The notes beneath the pieces are model-generated. The model was not told the origin of the DNA. It ran no database searches and was given only the letters and a program-made list of their open reading frames with translations. The position numbers and the translations under genes were made by a program. A stretch of DNA of 64,000 nt. It comes from Gallionella sp. Its GTDB lineage: Bacteria; Pseudomonadota; Gammaproteobacteria; Burkholderiales; Gallionellaceae. The stretch is taken from assembly GCA_030652475.1 (NCBI GenBank), contig JAUSAO010000003.1, positions 12,960-76,959 on the forward strand, read 5' to 3'. This document shows positions 9,298 through 17,755 of the stretch, piece by piece; the first letter of the stretch is position 1, and the number at the start of each line of letters is the position of its first letter.

Positions 9298-9899
9298 CCT
9301 CAATCCTCAATCCTTCACGCAACAACTTGGTGCATAATCCAGTAGTTGTGAGGGAAAGTTCCTTGCGGGCTGAATCCTGTATGTCTATCATCGTCGCGAT
9401 GGCAAAGAACCGCACCATCGGTATCAACAACACGCTGCCGTGGCGCTGCCCGGAAGACCTGAAACACTTCAAGGCGCTGACCATGGGTCACCACATGATC
9501 ATGGGTCGCAAAACCTTCGAGTCTATCGGCAAGCCGCTACCGGGGCGCACCACGGTGGTCGTCACCCGAGACCGCGAGTTGAATATCGAGGGCTGTCTGG
9601 TCGCGCATTCGCTGCCTGACGCGCTTGCAGCCTGCTCAAACGACAGTCAGATTTTTATTGTCGGTGGTGCGGAGATTTACGCACAGGCCATGCCGCTGGT
9701 GGATACGCTGTATATCACCGAAATCCAGCAGGATGTAACAGGGGATGCGCATTTCCCGCACGTTGATAAATCAGCATGGCTGGAAGTGGCGCGCGAAATA
9801 CGGCATCAGGAAACGCCGCAAGCGCTGGAATATCACTTCGTCACTTATCGCAGTGCCCATATCAATTCTTGCAAGAGCAAAGCTCTTGGCAAGAATTGA
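9294..9899 (+). CDS. folA: Dihydrofolate reductase (core domain starts near 9381; N- and C-terminal extensions)
   Basis: [50 protein letters not shown] and GDAHFP. ATGA overlap with thyA at 9294; alternative ATG at 9381. Confidence 0.93.
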   Translation: MTSILNPSRNNLVHNPVVVRESSLRAESCMSIIVAMAKNRTIGINNTLPWRCPEDLKHFKALTMGHHMIMGRKTFESIGKPLPGRTTVVVTRDRELNIEGCLVAHSLPDALAACSNDSQIFIVGGAEIYAQAMPLVDTLYITEIQQDVTGDAHFPHVDKSAWLEVAREIRHQETPQALEYHFVTYRSAHINSCKSKALGKN

Positions 9900-9911
9900 G
9901 TAGTTCCATCA

Positions 9912-10145
9912 ATGTTCGAATGGCCAACCCTGTGGAATCTGCTGATCTCCACCCTCGCGTTTTTTCTGGCCGTCTGGCATTTACGCCGATATCTCGATGA
10001 ACAGGGTATTCCCAAGGGGATGACGCGCGGCATACTGGTGTTGACACTGGCCTCAGTGGTGTCATGGGCCTCGGGAGAACTGGTGGACTGGGTGCAACAA
10101 GCGACTGATCGTACTATTGTCGCCGAACAGCCTGCCATACACTAA
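9912..10145 (+). CDS. Hypothetical small membrane protein (77 aa, two hydrophobic segments)
   Basis: ATG ORF directly after folA, ending just before the terminator. Confidence 0.6.
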   Translation: MFEWPTLWNLLISTLAFFLAVWHLRRYLDEQGIPKGMTRGILVLTLASVVSWASGELVDWVQQATDRTIVAEQPAIH

Positions 10146-10156
10146 CGACAGACAAC

Positions 10157-10187
10157 AAAAAGCCCGGAACTTTCGTTCCGGGCTTTT
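10157..10187. terminator. Bidirectional intrinsic terminator
   Basis: aaaaagcccggaac-tttc-gttccgggctttt hairpin with A/T tails, between convergent genes. Confidence 0.9.
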
Positions 10188-10205
10188 CTACAACTCAAGC
10201 GCTAA

Positions 10206-10409
10206 TTAAGCAGCCTGGATGTTAGAAGCTTGCTTGCCTTTTGGGCCTTGCGTAACTTCGAAGCTAACTTTTTGGCCTTCTTGAAGGGTCTTGAAACCGT
10301 TCATGTTGATTGCTGAAAAGTGTGCAAACAGATCTTCGCTGCCATCATCAGGAGTGACGAAACCGAAACCTTTTGCATCATTGAACCATTTAACTGTACC
10401 AGTTGCCAT
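10206..10409 (-). CDS. Cold-shock protein (CspA family)
   Basis: [17 protein letters not shown] and [11 protein letters not shown] motifs. Confidence 0.97.
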   Translation of the reverse strand: MATGTVKWFNDAKGFGFVTPDDGSEDLFAHFSAINMNGFKTLQEGQKVSFEVTQGPKGKQASNIQAA

Positions 10410-10522
10410 GTGACTACTTCCTTTTTTAAAAAACGGGAAAAACTCCCGCGAAACTATTTGATCTAAGGTTGCACATGGTAAAACCAGTACTGCAGTGACT
10501 TTGAATCAAACACGAAGGCTAC

Positions 10523-10551
10523 TTTATACGCGAACTTTAAAAACGTATCAA
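10523..10551 (-). promoter_or_regulatory. Sigma70 promoter of the csp gene (long 5' UTR)
   Basis: Minus strand TTGATA-17 bp-TATAAA, with the -10 about 114 bp upstream of the ATG. Confidence 0.65.
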
Positions 10552-10582
10552 GGAAAATCTTAAAAACAGGATTGACAAGCAA

Positions 10583-10651
10583 ATAGCCCGTAGCTTGTAG
10601 CCAAATCGACCAAAACGCTATTTCTTCGCCGCTACACGCTACCAGCTACAC
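10583..10651. repeat. Inverted pair of degenerate heptamer arrays (TAGC core / GCTA core)
   Basis: atagccc gtagctt gtagcca (10583-10603) ... gctacac gctacca gctacac (10631-10651). Confidence 0.65.
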
Positions 10652-10667
10652 ACTTATGCTGCTGACC

Positions 10668-12914
10668 CTATCTAACGCAGTCCACAAAATAGCGCTTCAC
10701 GCCATCCACTTCCTCGGCGACCAAACCATGAATATCGGTCTCAAAACCCGGCAATTTCTGACTGAAATCACGTGCGAATTTCAGATAATCAACGATAGTC
10801 CTGTTGAATATCTCGCCCGGGATCAGCAGAGGAATACCCGGCGGATAGGGGGTCAGCAATACCGCGGTGATGCGCCCTTCCAGATCGTCTATTTCCACGC
10901 GATCTATTTCATCGTGTGCCATTCTGGCGAAGGCTTCTGATGGCTTCATCGCCGGCTGCATGTCGGACAGATACATCTCGGTGGTCATGCGTGCCACGTT
11001 ATGCATGTTATAGGCATCGTGTATCTGCTGGCACAGGTCACGCAAGCCCACGCGCTCATAACGCGGATACTTCACCGCAAACTCCGGCAGAATGCGCCAG
11101 ATCGGCTGATTCTTGTCGTAGTCATCCTTGAACTGCTGCAGCGCGGTCAGCAGCGTGTTCCAGCGTCCCTTGGTGATGCCGATGGTAAACATAATGAAGA
11201 ACGAATACAGGCCGCACTTTTCGACGATCACGCCGTGTTCAGCCAGATACTTGGTCACCATCGAAGCGGGAATACCGCTATCGGAAAAATCGCCGTCCAC
11301 ATCCAGCCCGGGTGTGATGATGGTGGCCTTGATCGGGTCGAGCATATTGAACCCTTCGGCCAGATCGCCGAAACCATGCCACTTGTCAGAAGGCTTGAGC
11401 ACCCAATCTTCGCGCGAGCCCACGCCTTCCTCGGCGATGACGTCCGGCCCCCACACCTTGAACCACCAATCCAGCCCGAACTCCTCATCCACCTTACGCA
11501 TTGCACGGCGGAAATCCAGCGCCTCAGCGATGGATTCCTCCACCAGCGCTGTGCCTCCCGGCGGCTCCATCATCGCCGCCGCCACGTCACACGAAGCGAT
11601 AATCGCGTACTGCGGACTGGTAGAGGTATGCATCAGGTAGGCCTCGTTAAAAATATGCTTGTTGAGTTTGCGGCTTTGCGGTTCGCGCACCAGAATCTGC
11701 GATGCCTGACTCAGTCCCGCCAGCAATTTGTGGGTCGATTGGGTGGCAAAAATCATCGAACTCTGCGCGAGCGGCCTGTCACGACCTATAGCGTGCATGT
11801 CTTTGTAAAAATCATGGAATGCCGCATGCGGCAACCAGGCTTCGTCGAAATGCAGCGTGTCGATACGCCCGTCGAGCATCTGTTTCAGCATCTCAACGTT
11901 ATAAACCACGCCATCGTAGGTGCTCTGTGTGATGGTCAGGATGCGCGGCTTCTTGGTCTTATCTGCAATGAACGGATTCGCATCAATCTTGCGCTGTATG
12001 CTTTCCGGCTCAAACTCGGATTTCGGAATCGGCCCGATAATGCCGTAGTGATTGCGCGTCGGGGTCAGAAATACCGGCACCGCACCGGTCATCATGATCG
12101 AATGCAGGATGGACTTGTGGCAGTTGCGATCCACCACCACGATATCGCCGGGGGCAACCGTCGAGTGCCAGACGATCTTGTTCGAGGTCGAAGTACCGTT
12201 GGTGACAAAAAACAGATGATCCGCATTAAAAATACGCGCCGCGTTACGTTCAGAAGCCGCAACCGGGCCGGTATGATCGAGCAACTGCCCCAGTTCATCC
12301 ACCGCATTACACACGTCGGCGCGCAGCATATTTTCGCCGAAAAACTGGTGAAACATCTGTCCTACCGGCGACTTCAGGAAGGCCACGCCGCCGGAATGGC
12401 CGGGACAGTGCCATGAATAGGAACCGTCCTGCGCATAATGCAACAAGGCGCGGAAAAACGGCGGAGCCAGCGAATCCAGATAGGAGCGGGCTTCGCGAAT
12501 GATGTGGCGCGCCACAAATTCCGGCGTGTCCTCGTGCATGTGAATGAAACCATGCAACTCGCGCAACACATCATTCGGAATGTGCCGCGAGGTACGCGTT
12601 TCGCCATACAGATAAATCGGAATGTCGGCATTCTTGATACGGATTTCACGGACAAACGCGCGCAGACTCTTCAGCGCGACTTCGGTTTCCTCCTTGCTGC
12701 CACCGCCAAATTCCTCATCGTCAATCGACAACAGAAACGCCGACGCGCGGCTTTGCTGTTGCGCAAACGAGGTCAGATCGCCATAACTGGTGACGCCCAG
12801 CACTTCCATGCCCTCTTTTTCAAGCGCATCGGCCAGCGCACGTATGCCCAGACCACTGGCATTCTCGGAACGAAAATCTTCATCAATGATGACGATGGGA
12901 AAACGAAACTTCAT
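10668..12914 (-). CDS. Arginine/lysine/ornithine decarboxylase (PLP-dependent, wing-domain type)
   Basis: WHCPGHSGG, FVTNGTSTSN, DRNCHKS, HFDEAW and TQSTHKLL (PLP lysine). Confidence 0.93.
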   Translation of the reverse strand: MKFRFPIVIIDEDFRSENASGLGIRALADALEKEGMEVLGVTSYGDLTSFAQQQSRASAFLLSIDDEEFGGGSKEETEVALKSLRAFVREIRIKNADIPIYLYGETRTSRHIPNDVLRELHGFIHMHEDTPEFVARHIIREARSYLDSLAPPFFRALLHYAQDGSYSWHCPGHSGGVAFLKSPVGQMFHQFFGENMLRADVCNAVDELGQLLDHTGPVAASERNAARIFNADHLFFVTNGTSTSNKIVWHSTVAPGDIVVVDRNCHKSILHSIMMTGAVPVFLTPTRNHYGIIGPIPKSEFEPESIQRKIDANPFIADKTKKPRILTITQSTYDGVVYNVEMLKQMLDGRIDTLHFDEAWLPHAAFHDFYKDMHAIGRDRPLAQSSMIFATQSTHKLLAGLSQASQILVREPQSRKLNKHIFNEAYLMHTSTSPQYAIIASCDVAAAMMEPPGGTALVEESIAEALDFRRAMRKVDEEFGLDWWFKVWGPDVIAEEGVGSREDWVLKPSDKWHGFGDLAEGFNMLDPIKATIITPGLDVDGDFSDSGIPASMVTKYLAEHGVIVEKCGLYSFFIMFTIGITKGRWNTLLTALQQFKDDYDKNQPIWRILPEFAVKYPRYERVGLRDLCQQIHDAYNMHNVARMTTEMYLSDMQPAMKPSEAFARMAHDEIDRVEIDDLEGRITAVLLTPYPPGIPLLIPGEIFNRTIVDYLKFARDFSQKLPGFETDIHGLVAEEVDGVKRYFVDCVR

Positions 12915-13067
12915 GTGATGCTCCTAACAAAATATATTTCAGTGCGGACTCATCCGGGCCGCAGGCCGATGTGATGGCGAAACTAAACGCTGTTCATTAC
13001 CTGACTCCAACTGGCATGAAGGAAGTGGGGTGAGAATAGTCGCTGATTGATTCATCGTCAGATTTTA

Positions 13068-13292
13068 TTACTCGTCCTGCGACGCATAAGCGCTGACCAA
13101 TTCATCGATCAGCCCCGTCATCACATTGCGAAATTGTTGCTCATCGCAGCCCATCAGCACGGCATCTTCCAGCGCATCCTGGCATATCTGGCGAATTTCT
13201 TCGAGGTTCTCACCGAGAACCTTGTTCTTTTCCACGCAGGCGATGGTTACGCCCTTGGGCGAACGCCAGATGATGGGCTTGTTATGCGGCAC
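13068..13292 (-). CDS. Conserved-looking hypothetical protein (74 aa)
   Basis: GTG start 5 bp after the dcd stop; IACVEKNKVL...ENLEEIRQICQDALEDAVLMGC helical pattern. Confidence 0.6.
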   Translation of the reverse strand: MPHNKPIIWRSPKGVTIACVEKNKVLGENLEEIRQICQDALEDAVLMGCDEQQFRNVMTGLIDELVSAYASQDE

Positions 13293-13297
13293 GGCGG

Positions 13298-13864
13298 TTA
13301 CATCTTGGGCAAGGTCACGCCGACCTGGCCCTGATACTTGCCACCGCGATCCTTGTAGGACGTTTCACAAATTTCATCGCTCTCGAAGAACAGCACTTGT
13401 GCGACGCCTTCGTTGGCGTAAATCTTGGCGGGCAACGGCGTGGTATTGGAAAATTCCAGCGTCACATAGCCCTCCCATTCCGGCTCGAACGGCGTGACAT
13501 TGACGATAATGCCACAGCGCGCGTAAGTGGATTTACCCAGGCAAACGGTCAGTACGGAGCGTGGAATACGGAAATATTCCACGGTGCGTGCCAGCGCGAA
13601 GGAATTGGGCGGGATGATGCAGTAATCAGCCGTCACCTCAACGAAAGAATTCGGATCGAAATTCTTGGGATCAACAATAGTGCTGTTGATGTTGGTAAAC
13701 AACTTGAATTCGTTCGAGCAGCGAATATCGTAGCCGTAGCTCGATGTGCCGTACGACACGATACGCTTGCCGTCCACCTCTTTCACCTGAACGGGCGAAA
13801 AAGGTTCGATCATGCCGTGTTGCTCCGCCATGCGGCGTATCCATTTATCTGATTTGATGCTCAT
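13298..13864 (-). CDS. dcd: dCTP deaminase
   Basis: [28 protein letters not shown] and TPFEPEWEG. Confidence 0.97.
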   Translation of the reverse strand: MSIKSDKWIRRMAEQHGMIEPFSPVQVKEVDGKRIVSYGTSSYGYDIRCSNEFKLFTNINSTIVDPKNFDPNSFVEVTADYCIIPPNSFALARTVEYFRIPRSVLTVCLGKSTYARCGIIVNVTPFEPEWEGYVTLEFSNTTPLPAKIYANEGVAQVLFFESDEICETSYKDRGGKYQGQVGVTLPKM

Positions 13865-13875
13865 AAAAATTCAGT

Positions 13876-13949
13876 TTCAAGCCACAAGGCACAAGCGACA
13901 AGGAAAACGATTCCCCTTGCACCTTGCAACTTGCGCCTTGTAACTTGTC
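13876..13949. repeat. Inverted pair of heptamer arrays (4x CAAG core, 5x CTTG core)
   Basis: ttcaagc cacaagg cacaagc gacaagg (13876-13903); ccttgca ccttgca acttgcg ccttgta acttgtc (13915-13949). Confidence 0.85.
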
Positions 13950-13953
13950 TCCT

Positions 13954-15048
13954 TTAAGTATTTTGAACGACGATCTTGGGGAACACCGCGCTGTGATCCT
14001 GCGCCATTTCCGCAACTTTTACCGCAACACGGCGCGCGATCTGCTTATACACTCTTGCGATACTGCCGTCAGGATCGGCCACCACGGTCGGACGGCCGGA
14101 ATCGGCCTGCTCGCGGATACGAATATCCAGCGGCAAGCCGCCGAGAAATTCCGTATGGAAATCGGCACACATTTTTTCGCCGCCGCCCGCGCCGAAGATA
14201 TGCTCTTCGTGTCCGCACCGAGAACAGATATGCGTGCTCATATTCTCCACGATGCCGATAATCTTGATATCTACTTTTTCGAACATTTTCAATCCCTTGC
14301 GCGCATCCAGCAAGGCAATATCCTGCGGCGTGGTAACGATCACCGCACCGGTAACCGGCACTTTTTGCGACAGCGTCAGTTGAATATCGCCGGTGCCCGG
14401 CGGCAAATCCACCACCAGATAATCCAGATCATCCCAACGCGTCTGACGCAACAATTGATCGAGCGCCTGTGTCACCATCGGGCCGCGCCAGATCATTGGC
14501 ACATCGTTATCTTCGATCATGTAGCCGATGGACATGGACTGTATGCCGTAATTCACCATCGGCTCGACGGATTTACCATCGGACGATTTCGGCTGACCGG
14601 AAATACCCAGCATGGTAGGTTGCGACGGGCCGTAAATATCGGCATCCAGTATGCCTACACGCGCCCCTTCTGCTGCCAGGGCCAGCGCCAGATTGACGGC
14701 GGTAGTGGACTTGCCCACACCACCCTTGCCGCTGGCTACCGCGATGATATTCTTCACGCCGTCCACCAGTTTCACCCCGCGCTGCACGGCGTGCGTCACG
14801 ACTTTGCTGGAAACCGTGACCTTAATCGTACCCGCATCAGGCAATGCAACTTTGAGATGCGCCGCTACCATCACGCGTATTTCATCCCACACACTTTTGG
14901 CCGGATAGCCCAGCACGATGTCCAGCGAGACGTCATTAGCACTGATCTTGATATTTTTCACCGACTTTCCGCTGACAAAATCCTTTTTAGTGTTCGGATC
15001 TATCAAGTTCTTCAACGCACTTTTTACGTCAGCATCGTTAAAACTCAT
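13954..15048 (-). CDS. apbC: Fe-S cluster carrier ATPase ApbC/Mrp
   Basis: VASGKGGVGKST, DADIYGPS, WRGPM, DLPPGTGD and CxxC motif (CSRC). Confidence 0.95.
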   Translation of the reverse strand: MSFNDADVKSALKNLIDPNTKKDFVSGKSVKNIKISANDVSLDIVLGYPAKSVWDEIRVMVAAHLKVALPDAGTIKVTVSSKVVTHAVQRGVKLVDGVKNIIAVASGKGGVGKSTTAVNLALALAAEGARVGILDADIYGPSQPTMLGISGQPKSSDGKSVEPMVNYGIQSMSIGYMIEDNDVPMIWRGPMVTQALDQLLRQTRWDDLDYLVVDLPPGTGDIQLTLSQKVPVTGAVIVTTPQDIALLDARKGLKMFEKVDIKIIGIVENMSTHICSRCGHEEHIFGAGGGEKMCADFHTEFLGGLPLDIRIREQADSGRPTVVADPDGSIARVYKQIARRVAVKVAEMAQDHSAVFPKIVVQNT

Positions 15049-15158
15049 CACAGCCTCTATTCGGTTATCAATATTTCAAGAGCGCAATTCTAACCAATTC
15101 GCCGCCAGTGCGCGCGATTTGCTAAAATCACCTCCTTTATCGAATCCGGCACGCCACC

Positions 15159-17375
15159 ATGACTACGCGAAAAATCCTCGTCACCTCCGCCCTGCCCTAT
15201 GCCAATGGCAGCATCCACCTGGGACATCTGGTCGAATACATCCAGACGGACATCTGGGTGCGCTTCCAGAAAATGCAGGGGAACGAGGTGCATTACGTCT
15301 GCGCCGACGACACCCACGGTACGCCCATCATGTTGCGCGCCGAAAAGGAAGGCATCACACCGGAGCAATTGATCGCGCGCGTGTGGCAGGAACACTACGA
15401 TGATTTCAGCGAATTTCACGTTGAGTTTGATCACTATGGCTCAACCAACTCGACTGAGACCCGCGAATCCGCCGAGACCATCTACCGCACGCTCAGGGAT
15501 AAAAACCTGATCGAGGTGCGTTCCATCGAGCAGTATTACGACCCGGTGAAAAATATGTTCCTGCCGGATCGCTTCATCAAGGGCGAATGCCCGAAATGCG
15601 CCGCAAAAGACCAGTATGGCGACAATTGCGAAGTCTGCGGCGCGGCCTATGCGCCGACCGAATTGATCTCACCTTATTCCGCCGTGTCGGGTGCAAATCC
15701 GGAATTGCGCAATTCCGACCACTATTTCTTCAAACTCTCCGCCGACAGCTGCCAGCAGTTTTTGCGCAACTGGACGAAGAGCGGCACGCTGCAAACCGAA
15801 GCGGCCAACAAGATGCAGGAATGGCTGGGCATCGAGGGTGAAAACAAACTGTCCGACTGGGACATCTCGCGTGACGCCCCCTACTTTGGTTTCGAAATTC
15901 CCGATGCACCGGGAAAATACTTTTACGTCTGGCTGGACGCACCGGTCGGTTACATGGGCAGCTTCAAACAGCTGTGCAACAAAAAACCCCATCCTCGCCC
16001 CAACCCTCCTAACCCCCCCATACCCCCCTTGTCAGGGGGGAGCCAATCAGGGAGGGAGACGGACACTCCTCCCCTGGCAAGGGGAGGCTGGGAGGGGTTA
16101 TTTGACGAGTTCTGGAAGGCCGGTTCAAAGACCGAGCTGTATCACTTCATCGGCAAGGACATCCTGTATTTTCACGCGCTGTTCTGGCCCGCGATGCTGG
16201 AACACGCAGGCTTCCGCACACCGACCAAGCTATTCGCGCACGGCTTCCTCACCGTCAATGGCGAGAAGATGAGCAAATCGCGCGGCACCTTCATCACCGC
16301 GCGCAGCTATGTGGATCACATCAAGAACACCGAATACCTGCGCTACTACTACGCGTCCAAACTGAACGGCACGATGGAGGACCTCGACCTCAGCCTGGAT
16401 GATTTCGTCACCAAGGTCAACAGCGATTTGATCGGCAAGTATGTCAACATCGCCAGCCGTTGTGCGGGGTTTATCAGCAAGCGCTTTGACGGCAAACTGG
16501 GCAATACGGATGCGGCGGCCAGCGCAGAATTTCAAGCGGCCTTTACCGGCGGCGAAATCGCACGTTGTTACGAAAATCGCGACTTCAGTCGTGCGCTGCG
16601 AGAAATCATGCGCCTGGCCGATGTCGCGAATCAGTACATCGCCGAAAAGAAACCCTGGGAACTGGCAAAACAGGAGGGCAAGGACGCCGAACTGCTGGAA
16701 GTGTGTTCGACAGCGCTGACACTGTTCCGCGACCTGACGCGCTACCTGAAACCCGTACTGCCCAAACTGGCAGCACAAGTTGAGGCATTCCTCAACATTC
16801 CACCCATGATCTGGGATGACCAATGGGCAGCACTGGGTAGCGGACATGTCATCAACACCTATCAACATCTGGCAACCCGCCTCGACCCCAAGCTGGTAGA
16901 AGCCATGGTGGCCGCCAATCAGGAATCCCTCCCACCCTCTCCGGCAAGCGTGCAAGGGGAAACGGTGCAGTCCGAACAGCGTCATGCCGTACATCAGCAA
17001 CACACGGCCAGCATCGAAGTAGCGCAGGCGGAAAAGGATTTTGAGCCCTTCATCAGCATCGAGGATTTCGCCAAGGTGGACTTGCGCGTGGCCAGGATCG
17101 TCAATGCCGAACAGGTGGAAGGCGCAGCGAAGCTGTTGAAGCTGACGCTGGATATCGGCGACGGAAATTCGCGCACCGTGTTCGCGGGGATCAAGTCGGC
17201 TTATGACCCGGAAAATCTCAAAGGCCGCCTGACTGTGATGGTCGCCAACCTCACGCCGCGCAAGATGAAGTTCGGCCTGTCGGAAGGCATGGTGCTCGCC
17301 GCTTCCGGCGAAGCCTCGGGACTGTTCATCCTGTCACCGGACGACGGCGCACAACCCGGTATGCGTATCAAATAA
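15159..17375 (+). CDS. metG: Methionine--tRNA ligase with C-terminal tRNA-binding domain and an in-frame palindromic insertion
   Basis: [13 protein letters not shown], Zn-knuckle CPKC/CEVC, KMSKS and C-terminal FAKVDLRVA...MKFGLSEGM. Confidence 0.97.
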   Translation: MTTRKILVTSALPYANGSIHLGHLVEYIQTDIWVRFQKMQGNEVHYVCADDTHGTPIMLRAEKEGITPEQLIARVWQEHYDDFSEFHVEFDHYGSTNSTETRESAETIYRTLRDKNLIEVRSIEQYYDPVKNMFLPDRFIKGECPKCAAKDQYGDNCEVCGAAYAPTELISPYSAVSGANPELRNSDHYFFKLSADSCQQFLRNWTKSGTLQTEAANKMQEWLGIEGENKLSDWDISRDAPYFGFEIPDAPGKYFYVWLDAPVGYMGSFKQLCNKKPHPRPNPPNPPIPPLSGGSQSGRETDTPPLARGGWEGLFDEFWKAGSKTELYHFIGKDILYFHALFWPAMLEHAGFRTPTKLFAHGFLTVNGEKMSKSRGTFITARSYVDHIKNTEYLRYYYASKLNGTMEDLDLSLDDFVTKVNSDLIGKYVNIASRCAGFISKRFDGKLGNTDAAASAEFQAAFTGGEIARCYENRDFSRALREIMRLADVANQYIAEKKPWELAKQEGKDAELLEVCSTALTLFRDLTRYLKPVLPKLAAQVEAFLNIPPMIWDDQWAALGSGHVINTYQHLATRLDPKLVEAMVAANQESLPPSPASVQGETVQSEQRHAVHQQHTASIEVAQAEKDFEPFISIEDFAKVDLRVARIVNAEQVEGAAKLLKLTLDIGDGNSRTVFAGIKSAYDPENLKGRLTVMVANLTPRKMKFGLSEGMVLAASGEASGLFILSPDDGAQPGMRIK
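15987..16097 (+). repeat. C-rich/G-rich palindromic element in frame within metG
   Basis: cctcgccccaaccct...ccccccttgtcagggggg...ctcctcccctggcaaggggagg...gggagggg; encodes a Pro/Gly-rich stretch of about 37 aa. Confidence 0.8.
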
Positions 17376-17410
17376 GCCGGTTAACGTGAAACTCACGTAG
17401 TGGTACGTTT

Positions 17411-17504
17411 GCCCCTTCCCTCGCAAGGATTGCGGGGGAAGGTTGGGAAGGGGGACGGGCATGGCGGGTTTCATTATCAGGGGTGGTTACTTCCCCATGC
17501 CCGT
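17411..17504. repeat. Intergenic palindromic element plus 10-bp inverted repeat downstream of metG
   Basis: gccccttccctcgcaaggattgcgggggaaggttgggaagggggacgggcatgg; acgggcatgg (17455-17464) and ccatgcccgt (17495-17504) form a perfect IR. Confidence 0.7.
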
Positions 17505-17755
17505 TAGATTGGGTTTGAATCAACATTCCAGACTCACGCGAAGTGCTACAAACTCGCCGCCCTGGACTGCCTGCAGCAACTGAAACAAAGACAGGATTCA
17601 TAGCCCGTCCACGCTGGTGCGTGCATGGGTCTCACTGATGCCAACTCACTGACCATGTTGCCAAAATCTCATCGCTGATTTGCACATTGTGTCTTGCTAT
17701 CGTATCCTGCGCGTATCCAGCGCCCGGAAATTCTACGATACCTCCTGTGCCTAAC

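Noticed and set aside
11001-12416. 471-aa ORF antisense to the decarboxylase, and similar long antisense ORFs at 13924-15093, 22265-23509, 38348-39244, 46553-47470, 54735-56066 and 62984-63988
   Set aside because: They lie fully opposite well-supported genes and show no recognisable motifs. Such shadow ORFs are expected from GC-rich codon bias.
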